DNA of 59,846 nucleotides from a phage: assembly GCA_011982905.1 (NCBI GenBank), contig GCA_011982905.1_4767.1. One strand, written 5' to 3'. The position numbers and the translations under genes were made by a program. Shown piece by piece: positions 1 through 8,656 of the stretch; position 1 is the stretch's first letter; every line of letters begins with the position of its first letter. Under the pieces are notes generated by a model, which was not told where the DNA came from, made no database searches, and saw only the letters and a program-made list of their open reading frames with translations.

Positions 1-321
1 AAAAAAATCGGTGACGCTTCCAGCTTAACCGATGAAGAACTGAAAGCGAAGAGCGAAAAGCTTAGCGATGTGGTTAAAGAGATTGCCCACACTAAGCACG
101 CGCTGGAGCTTGCTATTGCAGACGTTCAAGCGGATCTGGATAAGATTATCGTTGAGCAAGAAAGTCGTCGTCCTAAGTCCGGTCTTACTGCAACTCAGAT
201 GTATCTTGAAGCGCAGAAAAAACGTAAACCTGAAGACATGCTTTCTGACCATCTCTTCCAGAACCCTATTGACGATCCGGTCGCCCGTATGGTTGCGCGT
301 AATATGATGCGTCGAGGTTAA
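1..321 (+). CDS. hypothetical protein, 3' portion (ORF open to the window start)
   Basis: Frame 1 is open from base 1 to TAA at 319-321; it is in phase with the ORF that runs off the window end (59514..59846), so the two may be one gene if the genome is circularly permuted. Confidence 0.5.
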   Translation, partial: KKIGDASSLTDEELKAKSEKLSDVVKEIAHTKHALELAIADVQADLDKIIVEQESRRPKSGLTATQMYLEAQKKRKPEDMLSDHLFQNPIDDPVARMVARNMMRRG

Positions 322-374
322 CCATGGAAATGAGCCATAGACAATATGTGTTGTGGCTCCTCCGACGTAATAGA

Positions 375-404
375 AAACGGCGTCAAGAAGACGCCGTTTC
401 TGTT
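375..404 (+). terminator. intrinsic terminator-like hairpin
   Basis: Perfect 10-bp stem AAACGGCGTC / GACGCCGTTT with 5-nt loop, followed by a TTTCTGTT tract; lies between two plus-strand genes. Confidence 0.5.
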
Positions 405-459
405 CCTGAAGAAGAGCTCCCGCCGCTTATCCCTACAACCATCGCAATGAGGAAGAAAG

Positions 460-966
460 ATGGAGATTCCACTGATAGTTGAAGATGGTACTGGTGTATC
501 GGACGCCAACAGTTATGTGACCATTGAACAAGTCCGCATGTATGCTGCAATGCGAGGTATTGTACTTCCAAGTGAAGATGAAGATCTAAAGACAAAGATC
601 TTCGACGCTATGGATTTTGTGGAAGGATACGGTCAACGGTTTAAGGGTTACAAAATGGACCCACAGCAACCGCTAAATTGGCCACGCTACGGTGTGTTTG
701 TGGATGGGTTCGAGCTACCCCAAAGCCCCTTACCAAAGGCGCTTATAAACGCTGTTTGCCAGCTTACAGCGGACTCAGCTACTGGCGGTCCTCTTAATGG
801 GAAAACTACTGCATATGCAGTCAAAAGAACTAAAGTAGAAGGTCTTGAGATTGAATACGCAACTGGTAGCACAGCACAGTCAGGTCCAGCAAAAACATAT
901 GATAAAGCTATGACGTTTTTATCACCTTTGCTGGGTTATCAAATGGGTAATAGATTGATACGGTGA
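460..966 (+). CDS. head-tail connector/adaptor-like protein
   Basis: 168-aa ORF with GAGGAAG RBS; first of four small genes between the head genes and the tail tube gene; call is by position and size only. Confidence 0.4.
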   Translation: MEIPLIVEDGTGVSDANSYVTIEQVRMYAAMRGIVLPSEDEDLKTKIFDAMDFVEGYGQRFKGYKMDPQQPLNWPRYGVFVDGFELPQSPLPKALINAVCQLTADSATGGPLNGKTTAYAVKRTKVEGLEIEYATGSTAQSGPAKTYDKAMTFLSPLLGYQMGNRLIR

Positions 967-969
967 TTT

Positions 970-1350
970 ATGAGCTTTCCTTACGAGCAGCTAGTTGAAG
1001 CTGCAAAGCAAATGATCAACGATGCTGGTGTTAACTGTACCCTTGTTGTTATGGAGCAAGGGGAAGGTCAAGATGAATGGGACGATCCGAGAGTTGAAAA
1101 ACGATACCCATTCATTGGAGCTTTCCTTTCACCGAGGGAAAAGATGATCGGTGGAAGCCTTGTTGCGGCTGGTGAACTGAAAGTCTTAACATATCCAATG
1201 ACGCCACCATTGACACGCGATAAAGCAATGACTGCACGCATTGAGCGTATGTCTCCTGATGGTGAGTTGGAAGTATGGACCATCAACGAGTTCGTTGATA
1301 CAAGACCTGCTAATGTTTCTGTTCTTTATACTTTCAAGGTGACGCGATAA
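970..1350 (+). CDS. head-tail joining protein, hypothetical
   Basis: 126-aa ORF packed tightly in the head-tail joining module. Confidence 0.35.
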   Translation: MSFPYEQLVEAAKQMINDAGVNCTLVVMEQGEGQDEWDDPRVEKRYPFIGAFLSPREKMIGGSLVAAGELKVLTYPMTPPLTRDKAMTARIERMSPDGELEVWTINEFVDTRPANVSVLYTFKVTR

Positions 1351-1757
1351 TGGGATTTGGGGCGGATATACGGCGTGCAAGTCAAAAGGTGCTTGTCCAG
1401 ACTGGGGAGCAAGCCAAAAAGGTTGTTGTCAAGTTCACGGAGAATGTAATTCAGGATACTCCTGTTAAGACCGGACGTACAAAAGGCGGTTGGCGTTCAT
1501 CCATTGGTGCACCATATGCGACGGAAACTATCCGCCTCGATCCTACTGGGGAATTAGCTAAAGCGGAAGCTAGGGTTATTGTAAGACAGTTGCCAGATGA
1601 TAAAGACTGGACTTTCTACTTTAGCAACTTAACCCCGTATGCTCCGAAACTTGAATATCTTGGTTGGTCGCAGCAAGCGCCAAATGGCATGGTGCGTATT
1701 AACGTAGCGAAGCTTCCAATGTTGATACGCCAAGCTATTGTAGAAGGAAAACTATAA
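1350..1757 (+). CDS. neck/tail completion protein, HK97 gp10-like
   Basis: 135 aa; TGRTKGGWRSSIG ... YAPKLEYLGW pattern recalled from the HK97 gp10 family; TAATG overlap with upstream gene. Confidence 0.5.
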   Translation: MGFGADIRRASQKVLVQTGEQAKKVVVKFTENVIQDTPVKTGRTKGGWRSSIGAPYATETIRLDPTGELAKAEARVIVRQLPDDKDWTFYFSNLTPYAPKLEYLGWSQQAPNGMVRINVAKLPMLIRQAIVEGKL

Positions 1758-2206
1758 TGCTGGGATACGATTTTATCAATGACGCATTTAATAAGATGCT
1801 ACGCGAAGCCGTTGGACCGGATATCGGTATAGCTTGGAAGAACAAGAAGTTCACACCTAAAGCCAACCAGATGTGGTTAAGGGCAATTAATGCTCCCGCT
1901 TCCACTTACTCTGCAACGCTAGGTGATAACGGTCTGAATGAAATTCCTGGTTTCTACCAAATTACAGTATATAGCCCTTTAAACACTGGAACGTCTAAGC
2001 AGAATCAAATCTTGGATTCTATTCGGAAAAAGTTTAAACTGGGCTTGCGTATCCCGTGCCCGGATGACCACACGTTACGGATTGTCAGTTTAGACTTTTC
2101 GCAAGGTGGACAAACTTCGCTGAACGATTTTACCAAAGGCGGGGTTGAAGATAACTGGGACGTTAACTTTATCACAATCTATTGGTCGGCTCGTGAGCCG
2201 AGGTAA
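1757..2206 (+). CDS. tail terminator-like protein
   Basis: 149-aa ORF directly upstream of the tail tube gene; TAATG coupling; call by position. Confidence 0.35.
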   Translation: MLGYDFINDAFNKMLREAVGPDIGIAWKNKKFTPKANQMWLRAINAPASTYSATLGDNGLNEIPGFYQITVYSPLNTGTSKQNQILDSIRKKFKLGLRIPCPDDHTLRIVSLDFSQGGQTSLNDFTKGGVEDNWDVNFITIYWSAREPR

Positions 2207-2220
2207 GAGAGGATCTAAAT

Positions 2221-3144
2221 ATGGCTACAGGTTCACGTTATTCGTGTTACTACGTCAAAGAAGATGTAAGCAACACTACGCCAGCGAGCGCGAAGTTTAC
2301 CCCGTTCCGTGTGACCAGCTCCGGTCTGGACATTAATATTGCAACGCTGGAATCTGAAGAACTGCGCGATGATGCCGAAACTGCGGATTTCCGCCTCGGT
2401 GCCCGCAGTGTTGAAGGCACAGTAACGGGCGAAATGTCCTTCGGCACCTTCGATGATCTTATTGCTGCTGCACTTCGTGGGGAGTGGCAAGACAACGTCC
2501 TTAAAGGCGGTATTGTCCGTCAGTCGTTTACTTTCGTAGACTATAACGCAGATCTGCCGTCAGGTAAATATACAATTTATCGCGGTTGCGAAGTTAATAG
2601 CATGACTTTCTCATTGTCTGCGGAAAACATGACCACAGTGGAATTTGGCATTGTTGGCCGCTCGATGGAGATTGCGGAATCGCTCCCATCTGGTGCAACT
2701 ATCAAAGACCGTACGACTACTTCACCGATGGATGGTTTCTCCGGTCGCTTGCTGGAAAACGACGAAGAAATCAGCGTTATTACGGAAATCGGTCTTACCG
2801 TGGAAAACGATATTGCGCCACGCTTTGTTGTTGGTTCTAAGTTCTCCATTGAACCGTCCGCTGGTCGTCGTGCGGTAACTGGTACAGCTAATGTGTACTT
2901 CCTGGATAACAAGCTGCGTATGAAGTATCTGGATGAAGTGGAAACTTCAATCAAGTTTGATCTGATTGACCCAAGCAATCCGGAACAAAAATACACTGTG
3001 GAAATCCCTCGCGTGAAATTCACTGAAGCTCCGCGTCCTATTGACGGTGAAGGGGATATCATGCTTAATATGGGCTACCGCGGATTGCTGGACCCAACAA
3101 CCGCAAGTTCCATCAAAATTACCCGCGTTGTAGCGGGAGCCTAA
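2221..3144 (+). CDS. major tail (tube) protein
   Basis: 307-aa ORF with strong RBS immediately upstream of the chaperone and tape measure genes; Ser/Thr/Gly-rich beta-type composition. Confidence 0.6.
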   Translation: MATGSRYSCYYVKEDVSNTTPASAKFTPFRVTSSGLDINIATLESEELRDDAETADFRLGARSVEGTVTGEMSFGTFDDLIAAALRGEWQDNVLKGGIVRQSFTFVDYNADLPSGKYTIYRGCEVNSMTFSLSAENMTTVEFGIVGRSMEIAESLPSGATIKDRTTTSPMDGFSGRLLENDEEISVITEIGLTVENDIAPRFVVGSKFSIEPSAGRRAVTGTANVYFLDNKLRMKYLDEVETSIKFDLIDPSNPEQKYTVEIPRVKFTEAPRPIDGEGDIMLNMGYRGLLDPTTASSIKITRVVAGA

Positions 3145-3153
3145 GGATAAGAA

Positions 3154-3561
3154 ATGACCGACACCAAAAAAGCCAAAGTTGCAGTAGCTAAAAGCTTCCG
3201 TGATTTTAAAACTGTGAGCCGGGCTAACGACCCGGCAAACACTAAGCCAATGAATGTGGTTATTCCTGGTGTAGGCGACACCGGCGAAAAACTCTACATT
3301 CGTAGCCGCTACTGCACAGAGTACCGTGATGCCGAACTGAAAGCACAGCGTCAACTGTTGGCGCTTATGCAGGGTAAAGATGGTGAAGTAACGGATGCTA
3401 TGAAGGAAGATATCCTTACCCGTTCACTGTGTAACCTTGTAGCAGGTTGGACTTTTGACGAGCCACCAACTGTTGACAACGTGTTTGAGTTCTTGACGGA
3501 GAACCCAACTGTCCGAGAAGACCTTAACGTATTTGCCGCTAAAGATAGTAATTTTTTCTAA
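3154..3561 (+). CDS. tail assembly chaperone (lambda G-like)
   Basis: 135-aa acidic ORF between tail tube and tape measure genes; ends ...DSNFF* within a T6 run. Confidence 0.65.
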   Translation: MTDTKKAKVAVAKSFRDFKTVSRANDPANTKPMNVVIPGVGDTGEKLYIRSRYCTEYRDAELKAQRQLLALMQGKDGEVTDAMKEDILTRSLCNLVAGWTFDEPPTVDNVFEFLTENPTVREDLNVFAAKDSNFF

Positions 3562-3959
3562 AAGCGCGCAGACAGTTAATTGATAAGAAGATCCTCCAAT
3601 GGGAACTAAATAGTAAAGTCCCCGGCGGGGGATCTTCTTTATTATCGCAACTGCAAAAGGTTGAGGAACAGTCTGGTAAGACGCCACCTAAGCTTAAAGA
3701 ATATCGGGAAAAGGAAATACCGCTTTGCTTCGAATATCTATCTACTTTATTTGATGATATCTACACTGGAGGAGATTTTAGTTATACAGAATTGCACAGC
3801 TATCAAGTGACAATGGGCTTACATCTTCAACCGTACGAATGCGAAATACTGCGGCAGCTATGGCTTGAAAAGCGCGTGTCTGAAGCTGAACAAAATGCTA
3901 AACTCATGGAAAGTCAAATGCAAAATCAGAATAAAGGTAGAAGGAAAAGGAGAAGGTAA
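3154..3959 (+). CDS. tail assembly chaperone -1 frameshift fusion product (G-T-like)
   Basis: Slippery heptamer T_TTT_TTC at 3552-3558; the -1 frame is open for 133 codons from 3558 and ends in TAA at 3957-3959, overlapping the tape measure ATG (TAATG); no in-frame start codon near its 5' end. Confidence 0.55.
3552..3558 (+). promoter_or_regulatory. candidate -1 ribosomal slippery site (T_TTT_TTC)
   Basis: XXXYYYZ heptamer at the 3' end of the chaperone ORF, in the position conserved for G/GT frameshifting in tailed phages. Confidence 0.5.
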
Positions 3960-6900
3960 TGGCCGAAACTGCTTCGCTAGTAATCAGGGTTGACGCGAAA
4001 GGGATTAGCACAGCGGACTCCATGCTGCGTAACCTTGCGCGTACAGGTGACACAGCGGAGCGTTCCGCTCAACGTGTCACATCCAGCTATAAAACATTGT
4101 CTAACACATCTAACGAACTTGCAACTGTCACAAGTCGTTTAGATGCTGCAATTGTAGGAATGATCAGCGTTGACACCATTAACCGTGTTATTTCGCTATC
4201 GGACTCCTGGACTATCCTCACCAACAAACTTGAACTGGCTCGTACTGGTAATGAAACCGTTGCGGATGCACAGCAACGCGTGTTTGATATTGCCCAGCGG
4301 TCACGTACAAGCTTGGAAGCAACTGCAACTCTATATTCCCGTCTCCAGCGTGCAATGAAGAATACTGGTATGACTGGTATGGAGCTTGGACGTATCACTG
4401 AAACAATTAACAAAGCGATGATTGTTTCCGGTGCAACGTCACATGAAGCAAGCGCTGCTCTTATTCAGTTTTCGCAAGCAATGGCATCCGGTGTTTTGCG
4501 CGGGGATGAATTCCGTTCTGTTGCAGAACAAGCCCCGCGCTTAACTCAAATCATGTCCGATGCGTTAGGTGTTACCATTGGACAATTGCGTGAAATGGCT
4601 TACAGCGGCAAGTTGAGCGCCGATGTGGTTATCAAATCGTTGTCTGGTGCTGCGGATACAATTGATAAAGAATTTAACCGCACTATGCCAACGTTCAACC
4701 AACAATGGACGATTGCAACAAACAACCTGACTAAATTTATGGGTGAGTCCCAAAAGACTCAAGGTGCGGTCGCTGCATTGGGACAGACGTTTGTTGCATT
4801 ATCCGAAAACTTAGGAACGGTTGTAACGGTTGGTTCAGCTTTAGCCACAGTGATTACCGCCCGTATCATTACGGCAATGCTTGCTAAGACTAAAGCGTCT
4901 ATAGCTGCTGCAAAAGCATCACAGATGGAAGCTGCACAAACGGCGGCAACTACTGCGGTGATGCAAAGCTCTATTGGCGTTACTGCACAGAAAGCGGCTG
5001 CGGATCGTGCTGCTTCTCTTGCAGCGTTACAGGTTGCTCGCGGGTCATTAGCGGTTGCTAAAGGTACGGCAGCGGAAGCAGGCGCACGTCTTGCGCTTAT
5101 TAATGCTACCCGTGCGCATTCTGCTGCAATTATGGCGGACGTACAAGCGCGGCAAGCGCTCAATGCTGCGCTTAATGCAACTGTACCAGCCGCAAGTCGA
5201 GCCGCTACAGCAATGAGCGTGCTGCGCGGTGCTATGGGGTTAATTGGCGGTCCTGTTGGTGTAGCAATGCTGGCAGCGGGTGCAATTTACTCCTATAAAG
5301 CGTCGCTGGAAGCTGGTCGTGCGGAAAACAATCAGTTTGCGGATAGTGTTGATGCTGTACGCGAAAAACTGATGCAGATGACAGAAGCTCAGTTGGCAGC
5401 CAACGCAGTTAAAGCTAGAGCAATTCTCCCCGAACTTGAAGAGCAAATGAAGCGAGAGCAAACTGCTCTTAAATCTGCAACGGAAACGCAGAAGTTCTAT
5501 GAAGCACAGTTAAAACGTCGTGCTGCGTCCGGTCGTGATACAGCCAGTGCTGAAAAGAACTTACAAGTTGCAACGGATAACGTCAAGCTTGCTGCCGAGC
5601 GTGCTGAAGAAGCTCAACGTCGTTACAACAATGTCTTAGAAATGACAAGCCCTGCTATCGAGAAAATAATTCCGTTAGCTCGTCAGCTTGCTGCTGATAT
5701 GAAGGCTGTTCTTAGCATCAAATCCGGTCCGCTTATTGACGAGAAAGTGCTTGATCGTTTTAAAGGTCAGTTAGGTGACGTTAACCGTGAGATCGACGTT
5801 AACACGGTTAAAGGAGCTGGTAACGCTCGCCAGGCTGCAATCCTTAGTGGGCTGTATCAAACTCTGGGCAAAGATGCAGACACCTACGGAAGTCTAATTC
5901 GCAAAGTAGCTATGGGGCAGGATGTTAGCTCTGAAGCGACAAGCGAGTCCTCAAAAGAACTTGTTAAATATGCACAAGAGTTAGCAGAAGCCTACGGCAA
6001 GAATTATGATCTCGAGGAAGCGGAGAGGAACCGAACTAAAGCGACAAAAGATGCTATTAAGGCAGATCAGCAAAATGCTAAGGTTATTGACGATTTACGC
6101 AACAAGCTTAACGAAGTAACCACAGGGGTTAAGGAAAACGCTAAAGCTAAAGCGCAAGCTGTAGCACTCAATAAGTTAAATGCGTCCGCAACAGCTGCGG
6201 AAAAAGCAGAAGTTGTTAGTCTTGCTGCTGCAATTTACGATGCAGAAGAAGCTCAAAAGAAACTGGACGAGCGTAAGAAGAATCGTAAGTTTGCTCAGGG
6301 TCTGTTAGATGAAGGTATGACAGACTATGAAAAAATCGCGTACGAGCAAAATACAAAGATTGCAGAGCTTAACGCAAAACAGCGAGCCGATGATTTAGCT
6401 TACTATCAGCTTTACGAAGATGCTAAAACCCAAGTGCTGAAAAAAGCAAGCATGGAAAGGGAAAACCTGGATAAAGTTCTTATGAACCGAATGATATCCT
6501 TTTCTCAGGAATCGTTGGGTATTATACTGTCAGGGCTGGAAGAAGGTGTTAGTAAGCAGAACTTTATTTATAAGGCAATGTTTGCCGCACAGAAAGCAAT
6601 GCAAATCCCATCAATCCTTGCTAACACGGAAACCGCGGCATCTGCGGCGCTTGCGTGGGGTACACAGCAAGGCGGTGCTACAATGGGCGCAGCTATGGCT
6701 GGAATTGTTAAAGCTATGGGTTATGCGTCCGCTGCTACTGTGGGTGGCTTAGCAATCGCTGGCATGGCACACGATGGTATTGATAATGTTCCACGCGAAG
6801 GTACATGGTTATTGGATAAAGGTGAACGCGTACTTAATGCTCCGTCTAATGACAAGTTAAACCGCTTCCTGGATAGCCAAGCTTCACAACAAGGTGGCGT

Positions 6901-7075
6901 GAATATGTCTGGTGGTGTTAGCATTGTCCAGTATATCACGGTGCAAGGGAATGGCGATGCTGCACTCACGCAAGCCATGCAGCAAGCGGCTCGTGATGGT
7001 GCGGAGCAGGGATATAATAAAGTTCTTACAGACTTTGCATCCCGAGGAACAATTCGTAGAACTGCAATGGGGTAA
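3959..7075 (+). CDS. tail tape measure protein
   Basis: 1038-aa ORF with Ala/Gln/Lys-rich coiled-coil-like composition, placed between the frameshifted chaperone and the distal tail genes. Confidence 0.85.
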   Translation: MAETASLVIRVDAKGISTADSMLRNLARTGDTAERSAQRVTSSYKTLSNTSNELATVTSRLDAAIVGMISVDTINRVISLSDSWTILTNKLELARTGNETVADAQQRVFDIAQRSRTSLEATATLYSRLQRAMKNTGMTGMELGRITETINKAMIVSGATSHEASAALIQFSQAMASGVLRGDEFRSVAEQAPRLTQIMSDALGVTIGQLREMAYSGKLSADVVIKSLSGAADTIDKEFNRTMPTFNQQWTIATNNLTKFMGESQKTQGAVAALGQTFVALSENLGTVVTVGSALATVITARIITAMLAKTKASIAAAKASQMEAAQTAATTAVMQSSIGVTAQKAAADRAASLAALQVARGSLAVAKGTAAEAGARLALINATRAHSAAIMADVQARQALNAALNATVPAASRAATAMSVLRGAMGLIGGPVGVAMLAAGAIYSYKASLEAGRAENNQFADSVDAVREKLMQMTEAQLAANAVKARAILPELEEQMKREQTALKSATETQKFYEAQLKRRAASGRDTASAEKNLQVATDNVKLAAERAEEAQRRYNNVLEMTSPAIEKIIPLARQLAADMKAVLSIKSGPLIDEKVLDRFKGQLGDVNREIDVNTVKGAGNARQAAILSGLYQTLGKDADTYGSLIRKVAMGQDVSSEATSESSKELVKYAQELAEAYGKNYDLEEAERNRTKATKDAIKADQQNAKVIDDLRNKLNEVTTGVKENAKAKAQAVALNKLNASATAAEKAEVVSLAAAIYDAEEAQKKLDERKKNRKFAQGLLDEGMTDYEKIAYEQNTKIAELNAKQRADDLAYYQLYEDAKTQVLKKASMERENLDKVLMNRMISFSQESLGIILSGLEEGVSKQNFIYKAMFAAQKAMQIPSILANTETAASAALAWGTQQGGATMGAAMAGIVKAMGYASAATVGGLAIAGMAHDGIDNVPREGTWLLDKGERVLNAPSNDKLNRFLDSQASQQGGVNMSGGVSIVQYITVQGNGDAALTQAMQQAARDGAEQGYNKVLTDFASRGTIRRTAMG

Positions 7076-7078
7076 TAT

Positions 7079-7663
7079 ATGCTCACTTGGCCTGAAGAGC
7101 TTAGACCATCGGAAATGGAATGGTATCTAGTTTCAAACGCTGTAGAATTTACAAGCCCCTTCAATGGGGCTTCCCAAACTGTGTCATATCCCGGATCTCG
7201 TTGGGAAGCGACACTGACATTTAGCAACTTAAATGACTGGCAATCCAGAAAGCTTGAATCAACGTTAGCTAAACTTGATGGCAAAGCTGGTCGCATTATG
7301 CTTCAGGATTTTGGTCGCTGGGGTAGGGCTCCAATGGGATTACCTGTGGTTAATGGCGCAAATAACACTGGGACAACTTTATCAACTAAGGGGTGGACTC
7401 CTGACCGTAAGGTACTATGGGAAGGGGACTATATCGCAGTAAACAATGAATTAAAATTGATAACAGAAGATGCTTGGAGTGATTCTTCTGGTAACGTGAT
7501 TTTAAACATTGCCCCAATGTTAAGAAGCATCCCTCCAAACGGTGCGAAGATTGAAACTCAGAAACCACAAGGATCTTTCCGTTTAGCTGAAAACACAAAT
7601 GGAGTTAAACGTCAACCTGCATTTAATAACTCCTTTACTCTAAAATTCTCGGAGGCATTCTAA
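7079..7663 (+). CDS. distal/minor tail protein (lambda M-like)
   Basis: 194-aa ORF directly after the tape measure gene; weak recalled resemblance to lambda gpM. Confidence 0.5.
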   Translation: MLTWPEELRPSEMEWYLVSNAVEFTSPFNGASQTVSYPGSRWEATLTFSNLNDWQSRKLESTLAKLDGKAGRIMLQDFGRWGRAPMGLPVVNGANNTGTTLSTKGWTPDRKVLWEGDYIAVNNELKLITEDAWSDSSGNVILNIAPMLRSIPPNGAKIETQKPQGSFRLAENTNGVKRQPAFNNSFTLKFSEAF

Positions 7664-8247
7664 TGTTATTCAGTCCGTTTAGCGATAGCCTTCTTAGCGC
7701 AATGGAGCAACCAAACGTCGCGCTAGTGTTGGCAGCGGAAATAGACTTCCCTTCCGGTATCACCCGCGTGCATACCGGAACAGGAACTGTTATTATCAAT
7801 GGTCAGACTTTTCTTGGTGTAGGTACTCTAGGGGATGTTGGATCGGTTACAGAAGAAAACAGCACAAGCTCAAGCACTATGTCCATGGCACTTAGCGGTC
7901 TGGATATGAGTCTTGTAGGGGAGACGTTAAACGAAGAAGTTATTGGCCGCAATGTTATTTGCTATCTTGCGGTTATGAACGATCAAGGCGTTGTCACTGG
8001 TGCAAACGTATTATTTGAAGGGTTTATTACAGATACAGCTTTACAAGCAGGACAACAAAATGCTTTGAGCTATGTTATTGCCAATGTCTTTGAGCGTTGG
8101 TCACAAGGTTTACCGGATCGATATACGGATGAAAGTCAACAGCGTTTACATCCAGGCGATCGGTTCTTTAGATATGTCGCACAAATGGCTGAACGTTCGA
8201 TCTTTTGGGGGAGTAAAAAAGATGCGCCAGGATTCACGTATGAGTAA
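7663..8247 (+). CDS. minor tail protein (lambda L-like)
   Basis: 194 aa; GGAGG RBS and TAATG overlap; position between M-like and K-like genes. Confidence 0.5.
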   Translation: MLFSPFSDSLLSAMEQPNVALVLAAEIDFPSGITRVHTGTGTVIINGQTFLGVGTLGDVGSVTEENSTSSSTMSMALSGLDMSLVGETLNEEVIGRNVICYLAVMNDQGVVTGANVLFEGFITDTALQAGQQNALSYVIANVFERWSQGLPDRYTDESQQRLHPGDRFFRYVAQMAERSIFWGSKKDAPGFTYE

Positions 8248-8656
8248 AATGCCAGGATGGCAGACACGTTTATTAACCACAGTAAAGGAGTTGGCATCGA
8301 CTCCTTTTTCTTGGGGCGAAAACGATTGCTGTACGTTTGCCGCTAAATGTGTTGATGCACAATACAACACAAATATTTATAATCAGATAGCAGGTAAATA
8401 TAGCACAGAGCTTGGAAGCAAGAGATTCTCAATTGAAAAAGTCGGGACAGCTTATCTTCCAACCTTGCTTGACGCTTACCTGAGTGAGCGTGTTGATAAG
8501 AACTTTGCACAAAGAGGAGATGTGGTTACATTTGAGGGAGCATTGGGCTTAACTGCTGGCATATTATGGACGGGATATGTATGGGCTATGGGTCCGAACG
8601 GTGTGGAAACATTCCCGCTTAATAAGATCAAAATTACGGATATTTGGAGGGTCTAA
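8222..8656 (+). CDS. tail tip assembly protein (lambda K-like, papain/NlpC-like motif)
   Basis: ATG at 8222 preceded by GGGGGAG; the tracked ORF from 8072 is probably an upstream extension; ENDCCTF motif suggests an NlpC/P60-type fold. Confidence 0.45.
   Translation: MRQDSRMSKMPGWQTRLLTTVKELASTPFSWGENDCCTFAAKCVDAQYNTNIYNQIAGKYSTELGSKRFSIEKVGTAYLPTLLDAYLSERVDKNFAQRGDVVTFEGALGLTAGILWTGYVWAMGPNGVETFPLNKIKITDIWRV

Noticed and set aside
3619-3645. GC hairpin CCCCGGCGGGGG followed by T-rich sequence, read as a terminator
   Set aside because: It lies inside the -1 frameshift extension of the chaperone gene, so a terminator call is unlikely; it may instead be RNA structure within the coding region.
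4759-5163. 134-aa minus-strand ORF inside the tape measure gene (similar shadow ORFs at 4087..4413, 6721..7296 and 2577..3062)
   Set aside because: Antisense to long, well-supported structural genes; Ala/Cys-rich composition typical of reverse-strand shadows of GC-rich coding sequence; no RBS.
8072-8221. N-terminal 50 codons of the tracked 8072..8656 ORF
   Set aside because: They overlap the preceding gene in another frame; an ATG at 8222 with a GGGGGAG RBS is the more plausible start.
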